64,000 nucleotides of DNA from SAR202 cluster bacterium bin127 (GTDB lineage Bacteria; Chloroflexota; Dehalococcoidia; Lucifugimonadales; Lucifugimonadaceae): NCBI GenBank assembly GCA_002239045.1, contig MPNN01000010.1, positions 9,245 through 73,244 on the forward strand, given 5' to 3'. Within the stretch, counting starts at the first letter, position 1. The number at the start of each line of letters is the position of its first letter. Below the pieces are notes generated by a model. That model searched no databases, was not told where the DNA came from, and was given only the letters and a program-made list of their open reading frames with translations. The position numbers were made by a program, and so were the translations under genes. Shown here piece by piece: positions 54,027 through 62,188 of this stretch.

Positions 54027-56143
54027 TTAGAGCTTGCTACTGCCGGCGCGATCTGGTCGAATTGCATCGGTTGGACACCGGGCACGACAGTGAACTGTTC
54101 CTCGTATAGCCGTCGATAGAGACTGGATTCGTTGATTAGCTCGTCGTGAGGTCCGCGCGCTTGAATATCCCCGTCCTGCACGACTAGTATCTGGTTGGCC
54201 GCGATTACGGTCGACAAGCGGTGAGCGATCGCGATCGTGGTACGGCCTTCTCGGAGCCTTGTAATCGCCTCGCGAATCAATCGTTCCGATAGTGTGTCGA
54301 GCGCGCTTGTCGCCTCGTCGAGCAGCAGGATACGAGGGTCCGCGAGGATCACTCGCGCGATCGCCAAACGCTGCCTTTCGCCTCCGGATAGACGGTATCC
54401 GTGTTCACCCACAATCGAGTTGTAACCCTCTGGCATCGCCGCGATCGTGTCATGGATCTGAGCTGCCTTTGCGGCCTCGATCAATTCGGGTTCGGTCGCG
54501 GAAGGGCGCCCGTACAGAAGATTCTCGCGGACGGTTGCGTGGAAAAGAAACGGATTCTGCGACACCACTCCGACTAGCTGCGTCAGATTGTCGTGGGTGA
54601 TGTCTTTGACATTGACACCATCGATTCGAACCGCGCCTTGGTTAGCGTCATATAGCCGGGATGCCAAGTAACCGATTGTTGTCTTCCCGGAACCGCTCGG
54701 ACCAACGAGCGCGGTGAGTTCACCAGCCCTCGCGACGAACGAGATGTCGGTCAGCGAGAACAGCTCGTCATCGGTTTCGTGTTCGTTTTCTCCGCCGATC
54801 AACCCAGTTGACGGAGATACTGGACTCCCATTCCCGCGCCCGGCGCGGCCGCTTATCGGCGGCGGTACGGGCATGTCGGAGCCGATCTGGCCGTCTCCTC
54901 CTGGTTGGCCATCGGTTGGGGCGTTAGGCGAACGACCGATAGGTCCAGATGAGGATTGGGAAACCTGCGCTCGATGCCGCGCCGCGATGATTTCGAGTTC
55001 TGATTGCTGGTAGGTGAAGGAAACGTTGTCGAAAACTACCTCGCCTTTGGTGGTTGACGGATCCAAGCGCTTGGGATTCACGGGATCGACGATGGTTGGT
55101 TTGATGTCCATGTATTCGAATATCCGCTCGAACAAGGCAAGGGATCCCGTGATTTCGACTCCACGTTGCAACAGATTAGCCATTGGGAACAATAGTCGCG
55201 CTTGAATGGTCGAAAAGGCGACGATATCGCCAAGCGTCACCCGGTCGCTGCCGTCGATGATCAGGATCCCGCCGACCAACCAGATAAACGCGGGTGCCAT
55301 GGTGAAGAATGCTTGAACCACGATGAAGAATCCCCGACCGGTCATGTACTGGCGTATCGACACGTCGGTGAGGCTCGTGTTGGTCTCCTGAAACTCGCGG
55401 AGTTGCTCGGCTTCTCTACCAAAAGTTTTGGCGACTATCACGCCAGATACAAACAGTGTTTCCCCGGTTTTTGCCGTCAAATCCGCCAACGTGCGCTGCA
55501 TCTGGCTCGTCAATCTCCGTCTACGAGAACCGACGATGCGGGACAGATAAGCGAATATCGGCATCGTGAAGACGGCGACGATGGTCAGTTCCCAGGAAAG
55601 GATCAACATCGCAACGAGCGCAGCGGCAACGACCGTGACGCTGGACAGGATGTTGACGACGGTATCGGTCAACACGAGCTGCGTGCTCGAAACATCGTTG
55701 GCCAATCGGGATTGAATGTCGCCAGTCTTGGTTGAGGAAAAGAAGGAGATAGGTTGTTTAAGCAGATGGTTGTAAACGGTGTGCCGCATGTCCTCCATCA
55801 CCTTGAAGCCGACTCGAGCGTTCAGCCGCGATTGTGCGAAATTGAGAATTCCCGAGATCCCCGCCGCCGCGACCATGCCTCCAATCAACCACATCAGAAG
55901 GTTCATGTCTTGCTGCGGTAAAGCGTCGTCGATCACTCGCTGGATCAACAGGGGAGTGATGACGCCGAGGGCAGAGGTAATGAGAACGAGCAGCCCTACA
56001 ATCGCCAAGGTCACCTTGTAGTCGGCATATAGCTTGACGACGCGCTTGAACGTGCCACGGGGAAACGGTCGGTTACGGGATTCTTCGTGGAACGCGCCGA
56101 ATCCGGGGCCGCCCATACCCCCACGCATACCCCCTTGCCGCAT
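54023..56143 (-). CDS. ABC exporter, fused permease/ATPase (MsbA/type-I exporter-like), with a low-complexity insertion in the NBD
   Basis: Six-TM domain. Walker A GPSGSGKTT, signature LSGGERQR, Walker B ILLLDEATSALD, and H-loop IAHR. Confidence 0.85.
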   Translation of the reverse strand: MRQGGMRGGMGGPGFGAFHEESRNRPFPRGTFKRVVKLYADYKVTLAIVGLLVLITSALGVITPLLIQRVIDDALPQQDMNLLMWLIGGMVAAAGISGILNFAQSRLNARVGFKVMEDMRHTVYNHLLKQPISFFSSTKTGDIQSRLANDVSSTQLVLTDTVVNILSSVTVVAAALVAMLILSWELTIVAVFTMPIFAYLSRIVGSRRRRLTSQMQRTLADLTAKTGETLFVSGVIVAKTFGREAEQLREFQETNTSLTDVSIRQYMTGRGFFIVVQAFFTMAPAFIWLVGGILIIDGSDRVTLGDIVAFSTIQARLLFPMANLLQRGVEITGSLALFERIFEYMDIKPTIVDPVNPKRLDPSTTKGEVVFDNVSFTYQQSELEIIAARHRAQVSQSSSGPIGRSPNAPTDGQPGGDGQIGSDMPVPPPISGRAGRGNGSPVSPSTGLIGGENEHETDDELFSLTDISFVARAGELTALVGPSGSGKTTIGYLASRLYDANQGAVRIDGVNVKDITHDNLTQLVGVVSQNPFLFHATVRENLLYGRPSATEPELIEAAKAAQIHDTIAAMPEGYNSIVGEHGYRLSGGERQRLAIARVILADPRILLLDEATSALDTLSERLIREAITRLREGRTTIAIAHRLSTVIAANQILVVQDGDIQARGPHDELINESSLYRRLYEEQFTVVPGVQPMQFDQIAPAVASSN

Positions 56144-56262
56144 AGATTCCTCCGAGATTCCGCGATTCGAAACTAACGCCTTATTTAAGACGGCATATTA
56201 CCTCAACGCGTTTTGACGACCACCCAAGGTATCGGGAAAAGAGAGAGCACCGCGATGAGGAT

Positions 56263-56338
56263 TGGTAGCCCGTAGGGGAGTCGAACCCCTGTTTCAGCCT
56301 TGAGAGGGCCGTGTCCTGGGCCACTAGACGAACGGGCC
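56263..56338 (-). tRNA. tRNA-Glu (anticodon CTC)
   Basis: The reverse complement folds as acceptor GGCCCGT/ACGGGCT, anticodon arm CGGCC-CTCTCAA-GGCTG, T arm AGGGG-TTCGACT-CCCCT, with CCA encoded. Confidence 0.9.
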
Positions 56339-56388
56339 ACCGTAATGGTGCGCGAGCCAGATTTCGCAATCCGTGCTGTCAGCGTTGT

Positions 56389-56462
56389 TGGCTGCCGATG
56401 CAGGATTCGAACCCGCGCTCCCAGATCCAGAATCTGGTGTCCTACCACTAGACGAATCGGCA
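56389..56462 (-). tRNA. tRNA-Gln (anticodon CTG)
   Basis: The reverse complement folds as acceptor TGCCGAT/ATCGGCA, anticodon arm CCAGA-TTCTGGA-TCTGG, T arm GCGGG-TTCGAAT-CCTGC, with CCA encoded. Confidence 0.9.
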
Positions 56463-56755
56463 ACGGCTCGCTGAAATTCATGATAACAAACCCTCCCGTG
56501 CTCAGATTCACCGCTGAATCAAAGGCAAGGTTGCTGTTCGTTATCGGCGATGCTGGTCCTTGATTGTCGCTTCGAATCCCCAATCCCGTTCCAAGTCGCG
56601 TTATTTGGTATATAGTGAGCGCATCGTTTGACGCAAAACGTGGCGAGATTTGAGTTGGTTGCGTCTCGTTGCAACCGCGAAGGTCCGCCACTCAATGCCG
56701 ATACATTGCGCTCGAACCAGAACGATCGGCACGCAGGCTACAGGAGTATGTTGCT

Positions 56756-58690
56756 TTGAAATTAAGAAACAGGTCAAAATACCTCATAGGAGTGGTTGCG
56801 GCACTAGTCGCTGTCGCTGCTTGGGCGTGTGGTGGCACGGAGACCGTGATCCAGACGGTCGTGGTCGAGAAGGAGGTCGCGGGTGAGACCGTGATCCAGA
56901 CCGTCGTCGTCGAGAAGCAAGTCGCCGGCGAGACCGTGATTCAGACCGTTGTGGTCGAAAAAGAGGTCGAGGTTGAGAAGGTAGTCACCGTGGAAGTCAT
57001 GGTGGAAGACGAGGAAGTCGCACCGACCGCCATGGCGGAGACGCCACGCCAGGATCTTCCCCAACCTGAATCGGCAGTCGGCACGTTGGTAATGATCCCC
57101 GAAGGTGTCGCGCCCGGCGTCGGTATAAACCGATCCCAAGCTCCCGAATCATTGATGTACTGGGGTGTTACCGAGCAATTGTTCCGCCCGAATGACGATG
57201 GAACTTTGGTTGGGCCATGGCTCGCCGAGAGTTGGGAAGTTAGCGAAGACGCTTCACAGGCGACGGTCAAGATTCGCAGCGGTGTCGAATTCCATGGCGG
57301 ATGGGGAGAACTGACGGCGCAAGACTTCGCTTGGAGTTTGAACGACACGAACGGAGCCATCACTCCTGAGAGTATCCACGGTCAGGCCGGTGACTTTGCG
57401 GCATTCATGGATGCCGCCGAAGCTACCGACGACCGCACGTTAGTGCTCAATTTCAACGCCGACGAACCTCGGTGGACAACATTGCTGTTCAACCAGGCTG
57501 GCGACGCATTTGGTGTCTTCTCGAAGAAGGCCTTTGACGAGATGGGTGCCGATTGGATGCGTGAGAACGTCATCGGTACGGGCCCATACACCGTGCAGGA
57601 ATGGCGTCAATCTGACAGCGCAACATTGATCGCTCAAGATTCTCACTGGGACAAAGCCGCCGAAGTCTCAACATTGCGCCTCATCGACGTTCCCGAAACA
57701 GTTGCGCGCGTTTCTGCGTTGCGTTCCGGTGGCGCAGACTGGGCGGTTTTGCCAGTACGCGAGATGAAGGACCTCACGCGCGATGGATTCGGTGTGTTGA
57801 CGACCGGACGACAAAGCGGTGTGCCGCTGAATATGGCTGGGAACTACTGGGAATCGACCCTCTCTAAGACGGGCGAACCAGTTGTCCACGTCACTTATAC
57901 CCACGACATCCCGTGGATCGGTAACCCACACAAGCCAGATGACGGCAATAACCCGGCCGGTATCGATGACATGGAACAGGCGAGACTGGTTCGATGGGCG
58001 ATCGCGATGTCGATCAACCGACCGTTGGTCAACGAGTCGCTCTACGGCAACAACGCCTCTGAGTACCACATCGGCATGTTCCACGTGAACTCACCGGATT
58101 GGGACGACAAGTGGCGGATCCCGTACGACCCCGCAAAGGCGAACGATTACCTTGACATGGCGGGATACCCGAGAGATGATGACGGCAAACGGTTCGACAT
58201 GCCGATTTACGCGTTCACCTCAGTCCGAGACTGGGCAGAGATCGCCGACACCACGGCCGGTTTCATCAACCAGCTTGGCATCGAGACCAACGTCGTAAAG
58301 GTCGCATACTCCATCGTGCGCCCGAGCCTGGTGGCAAGAAGCACAACCACGCCGGCGACCCAGTGGTGCAGGTCTGACCTGTGGAAGCCATATGATTGGG
58401 TAACTGGTGAGGAGGAAACGACGTTGACACGCGGCGGTTTCGGCTGTCACATGGAAATCCCGTTTATCCTCGAAACTGTCCAAAAGGTAGCTTCCGAATC
58501 CGATCCGGCCAAACGGACCGAATACAACATCGCTTTGGCAGATTACTTCTACGAGCAGCAGTTGAAGATCGGCATCATAGCCTTACCGTTCGTGTCGGCG
58601 TACAACCCGAATTCGATCGCGGCATGGCCGATGCGACCTGGCCCGCAAGCGCCGCATACCTCGCCCGAACTGATTGTTCCGGCAAGGTGA
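56756..58690 (+). CDS. ABC transporter substrate-binding lipoprotein, family 5 (peptide/nickel/opine type)
   Basis: TTG at 56756, 10 nt after CAGGAG, gives the signal peptide MKLRNRSKYLIGVVAALVAVAAWAC. The ORF-track start at 56669 is possible but lacks an RBS. The body is an SBP_bac_5-like domain. Confidence 0.8.
   Translation: MKLRNRSKYLIGVVAALVAVAAWACGGTETVIQTVVVEKEVAGETVIQTVVVEKQVAGETVIQTVVVEKEVEVEKVVTVEVMVEDEEVAPTAMAETPRQDLPQPESAVGTLVMIPEGVAPGVGINRSQAPESLMYWGVTEQLFRPNDDGTLVGPWLAESWEVSEDASQATVKIRSGVEFHGGWGELTAQDFAWSLNDTNGAITPESIHGQAGDFAAFMDAAEATDDRTLVLNFNADEPRWTTLLFNQAGDAFGVFSKKAFDEMGADWMRENVIGTGPYTVQEWRQSDSATLIAQDSHWDKAAEVSTLRLIDVPETVARVSALRSGGADWAVLPVREMKDLTRDGFGVLTTGRQSGVPLNMAGNYWESTLSKTGEPVVHVTYTHDIPWIGNPHKPDDGNNPAGIDDMEQARLVRWAIAMSINRPLVNESLYGNNASEYHIGMFHVNSPDWDDKWRIPYDPAKANDYLDMAGYPRDDDGKRFDMPIYAFTSVRDWAEIADTTAGFINQLGIETNVVKVAYSIVRPSLVARSTTTPATQWCRSDLWKPYDWVTGEEETTLTRGGFGCHMEIPFILETVQKVASESDPAKRTEYNIALADYFYEQQLKIGIIALPFVSAYNPNSIAAWPMRPGPQAPHTSPELIVPAR
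56840..56974 (+). repeat. 45-bp x3 in-frame tandem repeat encoding the ETVIQTVVVEKEVAG linker units
   Basis: Units at 56840-56884, 56885-56929 and 56930-56974, each starting GAGACCGTGAT. Confidence 0.9.
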
Positions 58691-58701
58691 AAACAGCTTA
58701 A

Positions 58702-58746
58702 TTCGTCGCCCTAGCCGCGCAAATTGCTAACGTCTAGGGCGACGAA
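58702..58746 (+). promoter_or_regulatory. Intercistronic perfect 13-bp stem hairpin between the SBP and permease genes
   Basis: TTCGTCGCCCTAG (58702-58714) and CTAGGGCGACGAA (58734-58746), with a 19-nt loop, 11 nt after the SBP stop. Confidence 0.5.
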
Positions 58747-58853
58747 ACTTGGGTCGAATCACAATACGGATCGACGTTATGGTTCTACCCAGGGCGACGC
58801 GATCGATTGCTCGGTCGCGTCGCTGGTGTTCATCAACGAGATAGACGCAACCC

Positions 58854-59807
58854 GTGCGAAAGTTCCTTATAAGGCGATTTTTCGCTGGCATCCTGTCAAT
58901 ACTGGCGGCCACAGCGATCGTATTCGGCCTGTCAAGGGCAGCAGGTGACCCCTTGTTGCTTTATGCCAAGCCGGGCGGATACGGGGTGACGCCGGAGCAG
59001 GAACAGGCGCTTAAGGAGAAATTGCGTCTAGATAAACCTTTGATTGTCCAATACCTCCTGTGGCTTACCGATCTGCTACAAGGCGACTTCGGAAAGACAC
59101 TTCTAGCGGAACAAGAAGTCACGAAGGTCATCGGTGACAAGATGGGCGCGACGGTGCAGCTGGCAGTTGCGTCATGGGTCCTGGCAACAATCATGGGCGT
59201 GCCGTTAGGCATTCTGTCTGCGGTTCTCAGGGGTAGCGTATGGGACTACTTAGGCCGCGGATTCGCGCTGATCGGCCAGTCTCTGCCGACATTCTGGTTG
59301 GGTTTGATGATGATACTCCTCTTCAATACGAGGTTGGACTGGTTACCATTTGGGACTCGCGGATCGGGTGAGTCGTTTTTCTTAAGCTGGGACAATCTCC
59401 GCTACTTTATTCTTCCGTCGTTTGCGGTTGCCTGGGGTGCGGCCGCGGTCTACCTCAGACTCACGCGTTCCGCCATGTTGGAAGTTCTCGACTCGGAGTT
59501 CGTCAAACTGGCGCGCTCAAAAGGTGTCGGGGGCACAACGATAATCTGGAAACACGCCTTCCGCAATGCGTTGATTCCGCCCCTCACGGTATCTTCATTG
59601 ATGATGGCTGGTTTGATCACCGGTAGTGTTGTAATCGAAGTCGTCTTTTCGTGGCCCGGTCTAGGTAGACTTGCGGTGCAGGCGGTTCAAGACAACGATT
59701 TCCCAATCCTTACCGCCACAGTCCTTTTCTTCGCCTCGGTGTTTGTCTTCGTGAATTTCATCACCGACGTGCTTTATGCCTTGATCGATCCACGCATCAG
59801 ATATTGA
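58854..59807 (+). CDS. ABC transporter permease (DppB/OppB-like)
   Basis: GTG start. N-terminal MRKFLIRRFF, EAA-loop region SEFVKLARSKG, and six TM helices. Confidence 0.85.
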   Translation: MRKFLIRRFFAGILSILAATAIVFGLSRAAGDPLLLYAKPGGYGVTPEQEQALKEKLRLDKPLIVQYLLWLTDLLQGDFGKTLLAEQEVTKVIGDKMGATVQLAVASWVLATIMGVPLGILSAVLRGSVWDYLGRGFALIGQSLPTFWLGLMMILLFNTRLDWLPFGTRGSGESFFLSWDNLRYFILPSFAVAWGAAAVYLRLTRSAMLEVLDSEFVKLARSKGVGGTTIIWKHAFRNALIPPLTVSSLMMAGLITGSVVIEVVFSWPGLGRLAVQAVQDNDFPILTATVLFFASVFVFVNFITDVLYALIDPRIRY

Positions 59808-59825
59808 GAAATCAACCAGCGCGAC

Positions 59826-60836
59826 ATGGCCATCGAAAGCACAACAAGAGAGACTGCATCGGTTCAGACCGATTCTGAGCCGGTCGCCCGTCAGTGGCGC
59901 TTCACGCCTGCTTATCTTTGGTACGTGGTGCGACGTTGGCCAATCATCCCGGCAGTGATCTTGGCGGTCCTAGTCATTACTGGTGTATTTGCAGATCAGT
60001 TGGCGCCGTACGACGAAAACGAAAACGATCTTAGATTCCGCAACGCTCCACCCCGGATTTTCAACACCAATTCCGAGTACTGGGACAACGCAGCGGACCT
60101 ATCACAAGCGTTGTTCACTCCAGGTGATACCGCAGGTGCCATCAAAGATCCAAGCAACCGATACATACTCGGTGCTGACCATGCAGGTCGAGATGTTCTT
60201 AGCCGTATCATCCATGGGGCGCGAATCTCGCTGGTAGTCACTTCCGTTGCCCTGTTCTCCGGTTTGATACTCGGTGTCACGATTGGTGTCGTCTCGGGAT
60301 ACTACGGAGGCATCGTCGATGAAATATTGATGCGGATGGTCGATATTTGGTACGCCGTACCGTTCTTGTTGCTCGCCATGGTCGCGGTAATCATCTTCGA
60401 AGCGAGTCTTAACCTGATAATTGTTCTACTCATACTGCTGGCTTGGAGCGGATACGTTCGAAATCTTAGAGGTGAGGTCCTGAGCTTGAAAGAGCGCGAC
60501 TACGTTGCCTCGGCACGCGTCAACGGCGCTTCAACGTTTAGGATCATTGCCAAGCACCTGTTACCCGGACTCGTCAACACGATCTTCGTCATTGCAAGCC
60601 TTAGAGTAGGGCAGTTGATTCTGGCCGAAGCTTCGCTTAGCTTCTTGGGCGCTGGTATTCCCGGACCCACACCTGCGTGGGGCGTATTGATCGCGGATGG
60701 TAGGGAGTATGTAGGTTCCGCCTGGTGGCAAACGGTATTTCCGGGCACGGCTATATTCCTCGTCGTTCTCGCCTTCAACTTCCTCGGCGATTGGGTAAGG
60801 GACCGGTTGGATCCGCGTTTGCGGCAATTGGACTAA
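59826..60836 (+). CDS. ABC transporter permease (DppC/OppC-like)
   Basis: LGADHAGRDVLSRIIHGARISL, KERDYVASARVNGAS, and the C-terminal LGDWVRDRLDPR. Confidence 0.85.
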   Translation: MAIESTTRETASVQTDSEPVARQWRFTPAYLWYVVRRWPIIPAVILAVLVITGVFADQLAPYDENENDLRFRNAPPRIFNTNSEYWDNAADLSQALFTPGDTAGAIKDPSNRYILGADHAGRDVLSRIIHGARISLVVTSVALFSGLILGVTIGVVSGYYGGIVDEILMRMVDIWYAVPFLLLAMVAVIIFEASLNLIIVLLILLAWSGYVRNLRGEVLSLKERDYVASARVNGASTFRIIAKHLLPGLVNTIFVIASLRVGQLILAEASLSFLGAGIPGPTPAWGVLIADGREYVGSAWWQTVFPGTAIFLVVLAFNFLGDWVRDRLDPRLRQLD

Positions 60837-60876
60837 GGGAATTTGTGAACGGGTCCGGGTTTGCGCCGGGCGAACT

Positions 60877-62094
60877 TTACACCTTAGTCAACTCGTCCAG
60901 GATGTCTTGGAGCTGGTTGTGTTTGATGTAGCCCTGGTGGACGCTCAAGACGTTGTGGTCTCTATCTAAGAAAAACGTAGTTGGTGCCGCGGTGATCTGG
61001 TAGGCGATGTGGATGGCACTGCCGACGTCTGGGATTGCCGGGTAGTTGGCACCCATTTTGCCCAGAAACTCCAGACCCTCAGCAGCAGTGTCGAAACCTA
61101 CGGCTTGGACTCCGATGAAGACGACCTCATCGGTGCCCGGCGTTCCCATCGTTTGATAGGCGTGCTCAAAGTTCGGAATCTCGGCTCGACAAGGGGGACA
61201 CGACGGAAACCAGAAGTTGATGACTACTGGTTTACCTTCGTGTTCGGAGAGATCGAAAGATCCGTGGTGAAATGTGTCGCCTTTGAACCCCGGAGCGTCA
61301 CCCAAACCTGTGAAGGTCTGAGTGCCGGCATACACAATTTCAGGTTCGGCCAACTCGGCCTCAGCGCTACCCGAATCGTTAGCGACCAAGGGAACCGCGA
61401 CCGCATCGCCTTCGGCCGGAATTTGACCATCATCGATCGCCGAGGTTGCGCTCTCAGAAATCTCCCGGACGATCTCGACTAGATTTTCCTCGTCGATGGC
61501 GCCTTGCCAAACCCGATGCTCATTGTGGTTGTGATCGAGAAAGACAGTGGTCGGGTACGAGAATATGTTGTAACCGATCTGGATCGATGAGTTGTTGTCG
61601 GGCAACCCTGGGAAGGTCACACCGAGTTCCTCAAAGAGATTCGCTCCATCTTCTATTGAGTCGAGGCCAAGTTGCTGAACGCCGACGAACTCAACGTTTC
61701 CGCCAGAGGGTGCGCCGAATTGTTGGTAGACGTTTTCGAAATGCTCCAACTCGGCGCGGCACGGAGGACAAGAAGGGAACCAGAAGTTGACGACGATCGG
61801 TTTGCCGGCCAGTTGACTGGTGTCAAATGTCCCATGAGCAAAAGTCGTACCTTGGAACCCATCCACGTCTCCTAACCCGTCGATGATCGCCGATTCGAAG
61901 GAGTCGGGCAATCCCATGGGCTCCGTCTCTGCAGCCGGAGAATCCGGCTCGGATGCGACGGTTGGGGCGGGAGTCGGAGGTTGTGGAGTTGGCTCGGTGT
62001 CGCTGCCACATGCGACTACCAACGCTACCGCGACCAACGCGCCAAACGATGCAATCAGTCTAGCGCTTGGTAAACGACGCAAACGCAATTTCAT
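60877..62094 (-). CDS. Lipoprotein with two tandem TlpA/ResA-like thioredoxin-fold domains
   Basis: The ATG at 62094 gives a signal peptide with lipobox VVAC. Two copies of NFWFPSCPPCRAE (CxxC). The ORF-track start at 62241 would overlap glyQS. Confidence 0.8.
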   Translation of the reverse strand: MKLRLRRLPSARLIASFGALVAVALVVACGSDTEPTPQPPTPAPTVASEPDSPAAETEPMGLPDSFESAIIDGLGDVDGFQGTTFAHGTFDTSQLAGKPIVVNFWFPSCPPCRAELEHFENVYQQFGAPSGGNVEFVGVQQLGLDSIEDGANLFEELGVTFPGLPDNNSSIQIGYNIFSYPTTVFLDHNHNEHRVWQGAIDEENLVEIVREISESATSAIDDGQIPAEGDAVAVPLVANDSGSAEAELAEPEIVYAGTQTFTGLGDAPGFKGDTFHHGSFDLSEHEGKPVVINFWFPSCPPCRAEIPNFEHAYQTMGTPGTDEVVFIGVQAVGFDTAAEGLEFLGKMGANYPAIPDVGSAIHIAYQITAAPTTFFLDRDHNVLSVHQGYIKHNQLQDILDELTKV

Positions 62095-62188
62095 CTTCTC
62101 ACCGCCATTCGGACTCAGCGTGTTTCTATTAGATGATACGTGTCGAAATGATCGAGAGTTTCCGATGGTCGACCCGCGATCAATCCGG

